Shown here: positions 41,473 to 56,469 of the stretch, piece by piece
How the letters are laid out: every line of letters starts with the position of its first letter
Numbering within the stretch: the stretch's first letter is position 1
Assembly: GCF_009914755.1 (NCBI RefSeq)
Contig: NC_060933.1
Origin: the human T2T-CHM13v2.0 reference genome, Homo sapiens
DNA: 64,000 nucleotides
Direction: 5' to 3' (one strand)
Notes under the pieces: model-generated
What the model was told of the DNA's origin: nothing
The model's input: only the letters and a program-made list of their open reading frames with translations
Database searches by the model: none
Made by a program: the position numbers and the translations under genes

Positions 41473-43404
41473 CTCTGCCTGCCTCAGCCCACCGGCCCGG
41501 GAGCGCGGCCGCGGCCCCTGCTGAAGTCGCGGGAGGCGGCCCCGCGGAGCCCCGCACGCGCTCCCTGCGGCGCCGGCGCTGGCGTCCGCCGCTCCCGGGC
41601 TGTGCCTGTCTGCTCCACGGGGTCGCTCCTCAGCCGTTTCTGTGTTTCCCGTTCCTATTTCTAAAACGCCATTCGGTTAGAAACTCTCACGTCACCTCTG
41701 ACACCGGTGCAGTCTTAGAAAATAAGCTCCTCTATACTGTGTGGGGCTACTGGGGAAGGGAAGGGAAGGAATTGGCACCGGTGCCCAGAGGTGTAGGGGG
41801 AGATTCACAGGCGAAGCTGTTCGCAAAGTAACGTGAGATAGAAATCTAAATCCTGAACAGAGAAAGGAAGCTGCCCAAGTTTCCAAGAGCCTCCCGATAG
41901 GTTCCAACTTTTCATGCCTTTGTTTTTTTGGTGGTTGTTGGTTGTTTTTGTTTTTTTAAGTTGTTTTTGTTTTTGTTTTACAAGTTCTCTTGTTTCTGAG
42001 AAGGCACACGATGTTTAGCCGCCGAGTAATCGAATTTACTCTTCTAGACTGAGATTGAATTATGGATGACTTATGGGAAAATGTAAAATAATGTGGAATA
42101 AAAGGAAAGGAAAGAATGAAATAGAAGAGAAACTAAGGAGGCCCCAGCAAAACGGCATTCTAGTTTTTTTGATTTGCAATATGTGATTGAGGCAGTAAAC
42201 TGTCGTATGCACATTTCATTGTGATCGTCTACTGATAAATAGCACACGAAAATAATCTTGTTTAATCAGGCCCAGGAGATGAAACTCATATTGCTTCCTG
42301 CCTTAAAGGAACCTGAGGTCTTCAAAGAAAATTGTCTTTTATGAAGAGAACCGCTTTTTCACGTTTCATGTGTTCTCTGAAGTGTCCCTGGTGCAACCTG
42401 CTGATCCAGAGTGTAAGGTACGGTCATGACTCTGCTTTTGCTACAGATCAAGAACTCATATAGGGTTCTTAGACAACAGGTGTGTAACTTCCTTCTTTCT
42501 TTCATTTGCCATTACTCCACCGTTTCACACACATACACACACTCTAAACCACGATTTAAATCAAGCAAGTCAAGATATAAAATATATATTTTAGGTTCTC
42601 TGTTTAAAACCTAGAAAATAATTAAATTTCACCTTGCCCTGGAGAGCAGAGAGGGCAAACCTCAACCCTTTTATGTGAATGCCTACAGAGAACAGCTAGA
42701 CTTGCTATGAAATTAAAATTTAAAATCAAGTGACTAAAGAAATTAAAGATTGAAATTCAGTATGCAAAAATAGAAAGTGGCTTCAGAAGAAAAAATTTTA
42801 AGTTTGCATCCTCCGAATATATGTATGTATATGAGCTTTGGAGAGACACAGAACACTGGAAAACCAAATGACAGAAAGCTTGAAGTCTCTGGTTACCTAC
42901 CCAGGGATCCTCTGAGACTTTTAAAAATGTCTTTTAAAATGAGCCATCAGGCTATCAGGTAATATGTTTTGACTGAATTGTCCTATTATTTGATGAATTC
43001 ATCTGTTTCAGCGGGCTATAGAGTCAGAGTCTGTTTTGTCCCCCCTGTATCCCCCCAACATCATGAACACTCCCTGGCAACTTAGATACTTAAATGGATG
43101 CAATGAATCAATAGGAGAATGTTTCAAGTATTGGGGAGAAACCAGGAAGTAAGAAAAACCAACACTCTACAGTGATAAAGCCATATATGGGTGTCAAGAA
43201 GGAAACAGGAAAAGAAATTCCAAGTCTGAGCCCAGATCTATCCAAAAACCTTTTCATATTATCTGGAGAGCGTTTGCCAAGCAAATATTCCTAGAGACTA
43301 AGTCAAACAAATAGAACCCATGCAGAAACAACTGATAGTTGACCATGTTCTACAAGCACATACTCTAAAACATGCAACTAAACAGGGATTATGTTACAAA
43401 ATCC

Positions 43405-43700
43405 CAGTTCATTCAGTCAACAAGCATTTATTCATTGCCTACTATGTGTAAATAACAGGTGAAGGTACAGGATAAGAGAGATACTAAAATGAATAAAATA
43501 CAGTCCTTACCCTCCATAGGCTTATAGTCTTATAATGAGGCTCTAAGCAGCTATAATACAAGACTAAAATCAATTTGTATAAAATTTGGGGTGGAAGTAA
43601 CAACATAAAGGTATAAAAAGGAAGGGGAGAACTGGAAAAGATACGGCAGGAAAAGGGGCATTGACATGCATGTTAAAGAATGAAAAGGTTTTCAATAAAT
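43405..43700 (-). mobile_element. L2 fragment
   Basis: TTCATTCAGTCAACAAGCATTTATT ... CCTACTATGTG. Confidence 0.6.
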
Positions 43701-44169
43701 AGGTACCTACATCACCTCAAAGTAAATGAGCAATTCCAAGTCACCCCACACAGAGAGTAAGATGATAAACCATTTTGAGAATTCAAGGACAATTACTAAT
43801 GAGCTGAAAAGCAAATTGCAATACCCAAGGAAAATTGAACTTCAGAGAAAAATAGGAAGACTGTCACCTTTTCTATGGTATCCTGAGATGGATCTCCAAC
43901 CCCACAATCATATCACCCTGTCCTTTGGGGACTGGCAAAGAAAAACAGTAAAAGGCATAGTTTAGTCTTAAGGAGTGGTTCTGCAGTCAAAGAATGAAAA
44001 GGCCATGCTCTTCTAAAAGGATCTCCTGGGGAAGGAAAGGCCCATAGAGGTCATCAGACACAGGCAATATACAGTACCTCTCTTATTCCCAGTCACTTAG
44101 CATGGCTGCTTCATATGCACCATACTACTGTCATTCTCTGTGTTCTCTTTCTCTCTGCCCCCTTCCCCT

Positions 44170-44282
44170 CTGAATTAGGAGCTTCTTGAGAGCGGGGACC
44201 ATGTTTTTCATAACTGTTTTCAAGGCACCAGAAAGAGAGCCTAGCCTAGAACAGCTACTCAGTAAATAATGAATAAACAAAA
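44170..44282 (+). mobile_element. L2 3' fragment
   Basis: AGCTTCTTGAGAGCGGGGACCATG ... TAAATAATGAATAAA. Confidence 0.55.
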
Positions 44283-44707
44283 GAATGCTACCACCTACAT
44301 CATCAACAAACACACACTTACAGACTGCCTGTCCCAGGCAGTGTATTATGCCAGATGCCTGAGGCATACAAAGCCCTTAAAGGCTTCATAATCTATTTGG
44401 TGAGACAGGCCATGTGTTTCAAAGAATAAACAATACAAAATGAGAAACACTCGTTGCTAACATACAGTATGGAAAATGGATTGCTAACAAAGTTCAAGAG
44501 AAGCAGTTCCCTAAGCTGCCATTCAAATTAACCCAGAGTATGAGGAAGCACACGCTGGTCACCCAGAAGACCTTTTAGAAATCAGCCTGAAGAGCATCGC
44601 AGATCCTACAAGAGCTGGGAAAGAGATGTCTGGCCAAGTAATAAAGTGGACTTGCTCGTGGGGAAGAAAAAGAAGCCGACCTAGTGAGACGCTGAGAGCT
44701 GCAAATG

Positions 44708-44739
44708 GCGCCACCTACAGGAACATTCTTATAACAGCA
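44708..44739 (-). promoter_or_regulatory. CTCF-binding site, core plus upstream module
   Basis: Minus strand TGCTG-N13-CCTGTAGGTGGCGC. The core matches CCASYAGRKGGCRS at 13 of 14 positions. Confidence 0.65.
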
Positions 44740-45191
44740 GAAAAACTGAGATTCTTAATTGGAACTGTCCTGTTGAAAGAAGAGCAGGGCCAACATGTTG
44801 AAGATGAAAAACTAGGCACGAAGCACATCTTCTAAAAGAGAAAATACCCACATTACAAATCATATAGCAGATATTCTAGAATCTAAATGAAGCATAGTAC
44901 CTCAGTGACATCTTTCCTTTACCAAGCTCAAAAAACGTACCCGGGTAATACTCTGATTCCAATCAAATGTATCTATCTTGTGCTTATCCAGGGTTAGCAA
45001 TATCAAGGGAAGTACTGTACTTTACAGTTTGAAGGCCACCAAAGTCCCGGTAGACTGGAAGACTCTAAAAGGCTTGTCAGATGGGAGCTCATTTTAAGCT
45101 GAGTAGAATAGTGTTTCAGCCAGAGAAGCTAATGTTTGATGAATGAATAAGCAAATGAACCCATTACGTTCATTTCCTTTTGATGATTTCT

Positions 45192-45309
45192 CATGTAAAG
45201 CTCAATAAGGCTGAGATTTTTGTCTGTTTTGTTCACTCCTGAATCCAGCATCTAGAACAATGCCAGGAGTATAATAGATGTTTAATAAACATTTGTTAAA
45301 TGAATGAAA
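45192..45309 (+). mobile_element. L2 3' end
   Basis: TTTTGTCTGTTTTGTTCACT ... ATAAACATTTGTTAAATGAATGAA. Confidence 0.7.
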
Positions 45310-46096
45310 ATTAGATCTTCCAGTGAAAGAAGCCACATGTTGACCACATGACAGTCTCTCTCTCTCTCTTTTTTTTTTTTCCTTAGCCAGATTGTGTGCA
45401 CCAAAGCTTGGCTCCCTCTGTAAAATGTTCTTCCACCCTGTGCTTCAAAATCTTGCCTCCAATGCGTTCACCAAGGAAAATTAGCCATCACTAGAGTATT
45501 CAGAAAGTTGGGAAGCAGTATTTTTGTTCAAAACCCAGATGGAAGCCTATATTAATTCCACCTAAATCAACTTTATAGGAGAGTTGATATTCCTATTACC
45601 AATTCATTTCAGACCACATGCAGGTTATACATTGAAGATCTTGACAAGATATATAGTCAGAGTTGTTAATTGCTCAGTGTGTGATAAGTTAACGAAACAC
45701 AGCACTTGCTGATGGAAAACACGTAAGTAATTAAAGTGCCTGTTCTGCCTTCTCAATGATTGAAATGGTCTTCATATGAATTTTTTCAATTTGTTATCCT
45801 TGTAAATTTTTCAACCTCCCATTCTGAATTTTATCAAGATGTTAAAAAAGGTAATCGCTTTTAACTTTAAGATAAATATGAAATATCCTCTCCTAACCAC
45901 AAATTTAGATATTAAAGTGTTCTTTATTGCTTTATTTTTTCTCTTGTCCTTTTCTATCTCTTAGGCCTACCAAAATCTATTTGAGCCACAAAATTTCCAA
46001 ATACTTCTTCCAAACTTGTTAATGTTTTCCAGCTTTCCATTCTTATACAAATTCCTAAGCATCGGATTTGAGATGAGTGCATTGGACAATATGGAA

Positions 46097-46645
<549 letters not shown>

Positions 46646-47177
46646 GTATAGAAGTCATGCATGAATAGGCCTACAAACTGGAGAACTTCTCACTCTAGGG
46701 AAGGAATGAGCAGTGGGGGGTTATTTATTCTTTACAGCTTAAAAATATATATTATTGCTGCCTGTGGAACTAGAGCAAAAGAACTGGGTTGAAAAGCCAT
46801 TGGTTGTCCAAATGAAAGCAGTAGAAGTTTCCACAGTCTCTCTAACACTCAAAAGAAAATGATGAGAAAAATATAGAAAGCATTACATTTAGGCTCACTA
46901 TTTGGCTTACATTAAGAAGCAAAGATCTTAGACTAAAGAGACGTCAGAGGCTATGTGATTTGGGAATTTTTTAAATCTGGCAATCATTTATTAAAAATAA
47001 AGCCTACTGAAAAGCCAGTCTATAAAAGGGTAAAGGTGACATGGAATCCCCATGTCTTTCCTCTTTCCTCTTCTCTGAGGCCATTTTCAAAACCTCTGCA
47101 CTAATCCGGCTGCCACAGAAGATCACACTTAGAGGGTCTATAAATTGATATAGGCCATGCAGCCAAGAAGTGGCAGA

Positions 47178-47491
47178 GGCTAGGTGTGGTGGCTCACACT
47201 GTAATCTCAGCACTTTGGGAGGCTGAGGTGGGAGGATCCCTTGAGCCCAGGAGTTTGAGATCAGCCTGGGAAACATAGACCTCATCCCTACAAAAAAAAA
47301 AAAAAAAAAAAAAAAAAATTAAATCAGCCAGGCATGGCAGCGTGTGCCTATAGTCCCAACTCCCCAGGAGGCTGAGGGGAGAGGATTGCTTGAACTTGAG
47401 AGGTCAAGGCTGCAGGGAGCTGAGATCACACCACCACACTCCAGCCTGGATGACAGAGTGAGACCTAGTCTCGAAAAAAATAAAAATAAAA
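47178..47491 (+). mobile_element. Alu (J family) with A27 linker
   Basis: TSD AAGAAGTG(G/C)CAGA. Confidence 0.92.
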
Positions 47492-47731
47492 AGAAGTGCC
47501 AGACGTTGGACTAGGACATGGGTTATCTCACTCTGAATTTTCTTTTCCTGATGCCCCTTCCTTGGTCTCCAGCTTTCCCGACCTCCACATTTGTATTCAT
47601 CTTTTTGAAAAGATCAATGTTCACTTAACCTTTTACCTATTCTCAGGAAGTCCGTAAGTTACTGATAATAAATTACACTGCCCTTGTAGGAGCATTTGCA
47701 ATTTCAATCAAATCAAGGCCCCAGATTAAAA

Positions 47732-47912
47732 CAATGGTTCTGACCCCTGGCTGCACATTAGCATCACCTGGGGAGCCTTTAAACCATACTGGATGCCAGA
47801 TTCTTACCCCAGATACTTGGATTTAATTGGTCTGGGGTAGAGCTTGGTATGTTTTTAGTATTTTTTTATGCCTCCAGGTATTCCAGTATGCAAGCAAGAT
47901 TAAGAACAACTG
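47732..47912. mobile_element. MER5-family hAT MITE
   Basis: CAATGGTTCTGACCCCTGGCTGCACATTAGCATCACCTGGG ... AAGAACAACTG. Confidence 0.75.
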
Positions 47913-48129
47913 AGTTACAGCAATAAAACTAATTACATGTGCACGCCTCAGCCAGGAAGCGGATGATGTAGCCATAATTACACATTCAGACAGGGAAGTA
48001 AAGGCAGTCCCATTTAGGACTAGGCCAGTACTAGGCTCAGTGCTCACTGGAACCAAGCTTGCTCCCCTTCCCCACCTGCTGTCCCATTAGACCTTGAGAC
48101 ATTTTTTATGTGCTTTCCCCCTCTGCATT

Positions 48130-49010
48130 ATTTTCTTCCATTTTTTTTCAATTTTACACAAGAAGTAAGTCTCCCTCCCACCCCCAACCCACCTCTCACT
48201 TCCCCAGAGGCAGCCAGTGTGACTAGTTTCTTTGGCAGACTTCCAGAAATTCCTGTGCATAGATAGATATAACTATATCTTTTAGTTACAGAAATCGTTG
48301 CATACTATACAACCTATTCTGTAATTTACTGTTCCTACTCACAATGTATCAGAGATGGGTCCATATCATATACATTCTTTTTGATACTACGTAGTATTCT
48401 ATTACAGATTCCCCACAATTTCTTAACCAGTCCATGGTTAATAATAATAATAATAAGTATTATTAAGATAAGATCTTGCTCTTTTTCCTAGGCTGGAGTG
48501 CAGTGGTGCAATTGTAGCTCACTGTAGCCTCCAAACCCCTGGGCTCAAGCCTCAAACTTCTGGGCCCAACCAGTCCATTATTGATAGATATTTGTTTCAA
48601 GTATTATGGTACTTTTATAGTAAATATTTATGCATTTAGTCCTTTGTTCTTCCCATGATTTTTTTTTATTTATTAAATATGCTTCCAAGATTATTTTAGT
48701 GCCTGCTTGGTGTTCCATTGTTTGAATTTATAATAATCTGTTCAAACAATACTGTATTGCTAGACATTTATGTTGTTTCCAATTCTTTTTCATTATGAAT
48801 GATGCTGCAATGAACAATACTTGTATATCAATCTGTGTGTATCTTCATGTCCCTAGAATGAATTCCACAGAGTAGAATTATTGGGCCAAAGAACATGCAC
48901 TTTTTTAAGGCTTTTGGTATATAATGCCAGTTGTTCTCCAGAAAGTTGGTAGCAATTTATACCCACCAGCAACATATAAAAGCTCTCATTCCCCCATCTT
49001 TGCTAAAATA
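48130..49010 (-). mobile_element. Old L1 (L1ME-like) 3' relics with an Alu fragment at ~48466-48550
   Basis: GACATTTATGTTGTTTCCAATT ... GCTGCAATGAACA ... AGTAGAATTATTGGG. Confidence 0.6.
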
Positions 49011-50769
49011 CAAGTACTGATTGTAAAATTATGAATGGGTTTGTGTCAAAATGCTTGTGATTTTTTTCTAACTAATTTTGGGAGGTTTTTCCGTCATTAT
49101 AAACTACTCTGCGGCTTTAATAATTTCAGAGACTTTAATAAATCTATGTGTCTATCTACAAATCATTGTGACCAGGATTTTATTATAACTAAATAGTAAA
49201 CCATATGTCTAAAGCTGAGTTTTTAAAAGCTGGAAGTCTAAAGCACGAGCTGCTCTTTATTTTGGGGAGTTCTAATAAAACCCATAATTCAGTGAAAAGT
49301 CTGCTTGACAGTACAATCCAAAATATTCCAGGCTTTCTTTTAACACAAATCCACCAGACCCTATAGTTTAGGAAAACCTTGAGCTTGTTCTGCAGGCATT
49401 TCCAAAACTTTATTCTGCAGATGCCCCATATACCCTTTTAACTCTTTGCATCTAAGAGTGTAGCTTGCCCAAAGCAAATAAAAATTCTACTGGCTAAACC
49501 TTCCCTTTCATTCATTCACAGGCAATTCAAGAAAAGTGCTCAGCTTCATGAAGATTAAACCTCAATGGTGACATCTTGCAGAGATCAAGAAAAGGATGTT
49601 ACCAATTACTTGGGGGAAAAATTGCTCCCCAGGAAGATATAGAGTCCTCTTTAATATCTATCTTATTATTGTCACAGGTTACATGCTGTGCATTTGCTAC
49701 TACTGTACTTGTAGGGGAAATCTTCAAATATGGTACATTTGAATTAATTTTAAAAACTAGGAGCTGGATTAAGTAAGAGTAAAGCAATTTCCTGGGAACT
49801 CTTTCTGACCGTTCACTGTTCAAGTCTTCTAAAAGTCATCACACACCATTTCTTCTGGACATTTTGTCCTGCCAAGTGATGAATATCTGAAGATTTGGAA
49901 CCACTCAAATGCACCTAAATTATGATTAGAATTTACCTGAAGTACATGTCTTGCAAGATTTTTTAGTAGGGCCTGTCTGAAGAATTTCGAGGCATGTGGT
50001 GGAATGTCAATGAGATGGCAGATTGCTCAGATGCCTGTTGTTAGCTTTGAAATGCCATCTAAGCCATGTCATTGTGCCAAAGGTATTTATTTCAGTGTAC
50101 ATCTTTCTGCAGGGATGGGTGCAAGGCTGCCAATTCCACTAACTGCAATTCCAGGACTACAGATTCTAAACTTCTTCAAGGCAGGAGTAGAAAAAGAAAG
50201 GTTATCTGAGGATTCCAGGATCATTCTCTTCTCTTCATGAGAAATACCTCAATGTCGGGTTGATCTGCAGGAGGTTGGTGCCCTGACTATATAGAAGGCT
50301 GAATATTGGTAAAATGGAAATAACTTGTGTCTCCCCAGTGCAGCATATTCAAATGATTTAATGTTATTTATTCTCAGGCCACATTTGTCAACTTAGACTA
50401 AAATAGACATTTCTTTGCAAAGGAACCTCAACCTCTTTGACCTATGGGATTACTAGGACCCCGTAGACTTAGTATCAAGATAATGGGAGAGAGTTCAACA
50501 GGAGTCAGGGATCATGCTAGTTTGCCCACTGAGGCGTAACAAGATAGATCCTGCTGTAGATTCTGCCCATGGCAGTTCAGTATTACACAGTGTGTAAGAA
50601 TTACAACCATATGAGCTTACAGCTCAAATAACCCCATTCATTCTTTTTATTATGCATGTATAAAGTCATTTTATTCATATATATACTCACCCATTTTATA
50701 ACAGGTCAGAACATAGAGGAAGAAGTCTGTGATTGGAAGGACTCAAATAGTATCAAGAAAGTTGAGCAT

Positions 50770-51069
50770 GGCCGGGCGTGGTGGCTCACGCCTGTAATCG
50801 CAGCACTTTGGGAGTCCAAGGCGGGCGGATCACGAGGTCAGGAGATCGAGACCATCCTGGTTAACACAGTGAAGCCCCATCTCTACTAAAAATACAAAAA
50901 ATTAACCAGACATGGTGGCAGGCACCTGCTGTCCCAGCTACTCAGGAGACTGAGGCAGGAGAATGGCGTGAACCTGGGAGGCAGAGCTTGCAGTGAGCTG
51001 AGATTGTGCCACGGCACTCCAGCCTGGGCAACAGAGCGAGACTCTGTCTCAGAAAAAAAAAAAAGAAAA
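50770..51069 (+). mobile_element. AluY
   Basis: Diagnostic GAGATCGAGACCATCC, GAATGGCGTGAACC and GCTTGCAGTGAG. Confidence 0.92.
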
Positions 51070-51483
51070 GGTTGGCCACAAGACAAAAAGGTTGGAACCT
51101 GGCTCTATTTCCTGGGACAAGCCAAATTCCCTAGGAGATTAAGTTCAAGGCAGGTTAGCAGAATAGAACTCACAGGTAGGGGCCAAATCTGGTGTACTAC
51201 CTCAGAGCTGAGATACATCACAATGAATCTGATGCTGATCCCCAGAAAATAGGGCTAGAGTCAGCCAGTCCTGAATTGGTCATGGGAGCTGGAGACGGGC
51301 CATACCTGCACTGGGCACCAAATGGCCCCATGTGCTATTTGGAGGAAGCTGGCAGAAGGATCTGTGCTTGACAATTCTTTTCTTCCCTTTGCAAGCACGG
51401 TCAGCTTAGTAATTACCAGTTCTGGATTGACTTAAAACAAGTTTCCAAAGACTTTAGATTTGTTCAATATTAAACATTTATAA

Positions 51484-51782
51484 TTTTTTTTTTGAGACAA
51501 AATCTCACTCTGTTGCCCAGGCTGGTGTGCAGTGGTGCGATCTCGGCTCATGGCAGCCTCCAGCTCCTGGGTTCAAGGGATTCAGGATTCTCCTGCCTCA
51601 GCCTCCTGAGTAGCTGGGACTACAGGCATGCGCGACTGTGCCCGGCTAATTTTTGTATTTTTAGTAGAGACAGGGCTTCACCATGTTGGCCAGGCTGGTC
51701 TCGAACTCCTGACCTCAAGTGATCCACCCGCCTCTGACTCCCAAAGTGCTGGGATAACAGTCATAAGCCACCGTGCCTGGTC
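51484..51782 (-). mobile_element. Alu (S family)
   Basis: Antisense dimer. Confidence 0.92.
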
Positions 51783-52480
51783 CTCACCTTTTGTTTATTC
51801 TCCAAATAAAGACTTTTCTGAACTAAAAAATACCAAACCCAAATGGATATATTGTTCCAAAGCTTTACTCATAAGTGAGTTTTTTTAAAAAAACCATGAA
51901 GTTTCAAAAGTATTGATATTGCTTCCAGGATATAAAATGCAACCCCAGAAAAACATTCCTGGAACTCTCCATATTTTATTCTGTATGATAATTGTTAGTA
52001 TGTAATAATTTTTAAAATTTTTCTTGTGAAAAGTGGAGCAAGACAAAAAAAAAAAAAAAAAGGAAAGGAACCTGTTAGAAAATCTGATGATACTCGATTG
52101 TAAAGGAAAGGCAGACGGGGAATAAGTCTCAGCATAATAGTGGAGACCATATCCAAAGTAAATACCATATTTCTTATCATATTGCATAACAGGATTTTCT
52201 GATTAGAAATGGCACATGCTAATTACACAAACTTTGGGAAATATGGAAGTATTAAGGAGGAAATAAAATACACTGAAGACCATCATGGTCAGTATTTTGC
52301 TATATATATATATCACTTGTCTATCTTGTTCTATGCTTACAAAGTAAACATGAATTTTTAAAAATATAATTAAATACATATTTTGAATTTCTGCTCTTTT
52401 TACTCAGTAATCTAACATTTTTTTCTTATCTATCCATATTTTATAACATGATGTTATTTCATCATATGAGCATTTAATAA

Positions 52481-52824
<344 letters not shown>

Positions 52825-52862
52825 CCTCTTCTCACTATTATAAGTAGCACACACTATCATGA

Positions 52863-53190
<328 letters not shown>

Positions 53191-53947
53191 TGAGCATCCC
53201 CGAATTGATATTCCAGTCAGAACTGTAAAGAGTAGGATGGAGGATTCTCATCATAATATAGAATACTTTTATAGATTTATTTCAAAACTGGAAATTTACC
53301 AAAACAGAGGGCATAGTCCTGTTTCTTCATCTTAAACAAACTCCTTGATTCTTACCATCTGCCATGGCTTGCTGTGTTGGTCTTCATGTCTCATTCCTCC
53401 CACCTGGCCACTGCTGTGCTTATGGTGTTTACTCTGGAAGAAATGCCACCTGGTAGCACAGGGCAAACAGCAGAGGAAGCCAAGGCCCAGACCTACAACC
53501 ACTGAAGGACACTAGGTGTGCACTGCAGGAGACGTTCCAGCTGCAGGACTGAGCATAAAGGCACAGCTGTGATCAGATTCAGCATCCCCCGGGCACAGCA
53601 GGAGCTGTGACCATACAGGGCTATGGGAGGGAACAGGAGCTTAATTAAGTAAAGGTAGCATTACTCTAGCAAAAGGAAGGAGCCGGCTGGGCGGAATCAA
53701 GAATGAGTACTCTGGAAGGAATAGGTAGACAGGAATTATACATAAGATCGTCCATAGGGTTAGCTGAGGCTAGAGTTCAGAAGCAGGGAGCCAGCCTGTA
53801 CAAACGGGAAGTGGCTAGAGTTAGACATGGAAGCAAGGAAACAGGTTCAGGCCTGGGACCACTCTTACTGAATGAGAAAAAGTGCTGACTTGGGGCTCAC
53901 ATAAATGAAGAAATGACCTGGAGCACAAATCTCGGTTAGGGGGAGGC

Positions 53948-54325
53948 GTATCAGTTAGATTGGGCTAGGCTATGCTGCAGTAATAAATAATCCTGAAATC
54001 TAAATGTCTTACAACAAAATTGTACTTCTTCCTCTGCTGCCTGGCCACCGCATGTCACAGAAGGGCTCCAAACCACATTGTCCTCACCCTGGAATCCCAG
54101 GTTAATGATCTACATCATCTACAGTTGAGGCAGAGGGCAAAGAGGGGACTGGATAGTGCAGCGCCAACACTTAAATGCTCTAGTTGGAAGGGATGCATTC
54201 ATTTTCACTCACATTTCCTTGGCCAAAGCAAGTCACATGGCCATGCTTAACTTCAATGGACCATGTGACTGGAAATGGGAGAAATGAGAAATGGGAATTT
54301 CCATGAGCATTAGCAGTGGCTACCA
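53948..54325 (-). mobile_element. MLT1-family MaLR LTR
   Basis: TATCAGTTAG ... GGCTATGCTGCAGTAA ... TTGGCCAAAGCAAGTCACATGGCC. Confidence 0.7.
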
Positions 54326-56469
54326 GGTAATGACAAATGTTAAATTCTAAAGAGGAGATGCTGTAAAGGGGAGAAAATTCAAGGCATTTAACTATAGCTT
54401 ACCTGGAGTCCAAACTTCTATTTCTCTGGAAATTCTGGTGGGGCTTAATTTTCAGCAGACTGGGAGTCCTGTTCCAACTGAGAGCTTGAGAAGGAGGAGC
54501 ACGGACATGACAGGGCTGATTCTGTGGCATGATGTCATTACAGAAGCTCCACAGCAGTGGCACCTTGAGCTCATGACTGAATCCAAGGAATTCTAAGCGT
54601 GCCCTGGCTGTTAGGGTGGTCACCTTACCTCTTCTTCAAACTCGTACTTTTAGATACTTGTTGGCGAACTGACACTCCCCAAGCAGGGTCATTATAATTT
54701 AGCTCTCCTGGGGGTTAAAATCATTTGTGTGCATTCAAATACGTAATAATGTCAAACAGCTGAATGATATCAAAAGGCATGTTTATCTCAGATGAATTTG
54801 GGAAATTTAGTTTTAAGTAAGGTAAGTAAAAAGCCACCCTGTCAACTCTTCCTGGTGACAATGACAAAACCACAGACTCTTCATTTCTGGAGGGGCTTCT
54901 TGGGCACTTTATAATGCCCAAATATTTGTAGGGCATCTGCTGTGCTCCTGGGACTGTGCAGGGTGCAGCTCCTGACCTTCAGCAATTACGCAGTCATACC
55001 AGCAAAATGACAAGAGAAAGTAAGTGCTCACTTACCAAGGCATTTATTTTAAACATAGTTCAAATTTGGAGGATCTTAGGAAGTTTCAGAAAAATGCTGG
55101 TTTCACATTCCTGTTAACAAGAAAGAAGCTTGTGGCTTTTCTCTCCTTAATAAGCTTTTCTAAATGAAGAGATTTCTAACTTAAATGTAGTTCATCCAAT
55201 CTAAAGAGAGGGGAGGGGAAGAATCAAGTAAATTCTGCAGAAATTATTTATTTTACTATAGCACCATGCAAATGTCATGTCAGTGCCAGCAGAAAGTATG
55301 AGCTATAAACATTCTCCAGCATGGGATGTATTTTGGCTAATTAACAGTATACAGTCTACAAGTCAAGCTTCTTAACTGATTTGCAAAAGGTTAGGGTTAT
55401 GAAAACAGGCTTCATGGTCAACACTACACTTTTTTCTTGAATAGATTGTGGTGAACTGCTTGACCAGAGTAAGTATGTGGTTCAGTTTCTGTCTGCATGG
55501 GATCATTTAATTAACTGTGAGCCAAGTAATAAGTGTTTGCATATTTTAACAAAGTGTGAGAAAATGAAGAGCCCTAGAAATGCACTTTGTTCTTTAAAAT
55601 GTTTTATTCCCTTTCTTGCTCAGCTATAAGAACTGTTTATAAATTTTATCCTTTCAAAACAAGATGTATATGATATAAATGAAATATTTGACATTTATTA
55701 AAAATTTGAAGAAATACAAATGTATTTCCAGAAAAACTTTTGTGATGAATTTCTTGCAAATCTTAGGAAGTCTTTAAAAGGGAAGAAAATGCCTTCAGAG
55801 GCCTTTTTCTACTTGTCAACGGTCAATTGAGTTAATTTGACCAAAAGTAGAAAGTCTTATACTTTATAATTTACTTTGGTGACATTGTATCTTCATGTAA
55901 CAAATATTGTTCATACTAGAAAAACAATTCTGGCATCATTTATTCTCAAGCAGGGACTGAAAATGATGATACAGCCATCTCATAGTAATTGTTGCAAAAT
56001 TGGAGACAATGAAATCTTGTTTTATGTGTCACACCCGTATGCCCAATTCATTGAAAATGTAGTTGTAGTTAGGAGCATCAACAAGTTCAAAAGGCACTAA
56101 CATTTTTCATGGCTCTGTACTTTAATGGCTCAGTGGTTTGTTGAAAAAGATACAGCTTAAAACATTGGAGATTTAAAAATATGGGCTAATTATAGCCAAG
56201 AAATTAAAAATTGAGTACATTTAACAGACTGATGCAGTAAGGCTTTCCTTAAAACTATGTTATTATTTAAAGGGGATAGTTCTTATTTTGCATATTCTCA
56301 GCTGAGGTTTTTAATTTCTTCCATGTTTTTGGTGCTTTTAGAAGATGATTATTTTAATTTTGATCTCTCGGTTCCTGGATATAATCTCCCGTCCTCCTAT
56401 TCTCATCTTGCAAACTGTATCAATTCATATTCTTTGGTGGAGATTTATTTTTCGTTTTAAATTAATTGT

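Noticed and set aside
53370-53900. Possible old LTR-like segment
   Set aside because: I could not match it to a family by eye; a Dfam search is needed.
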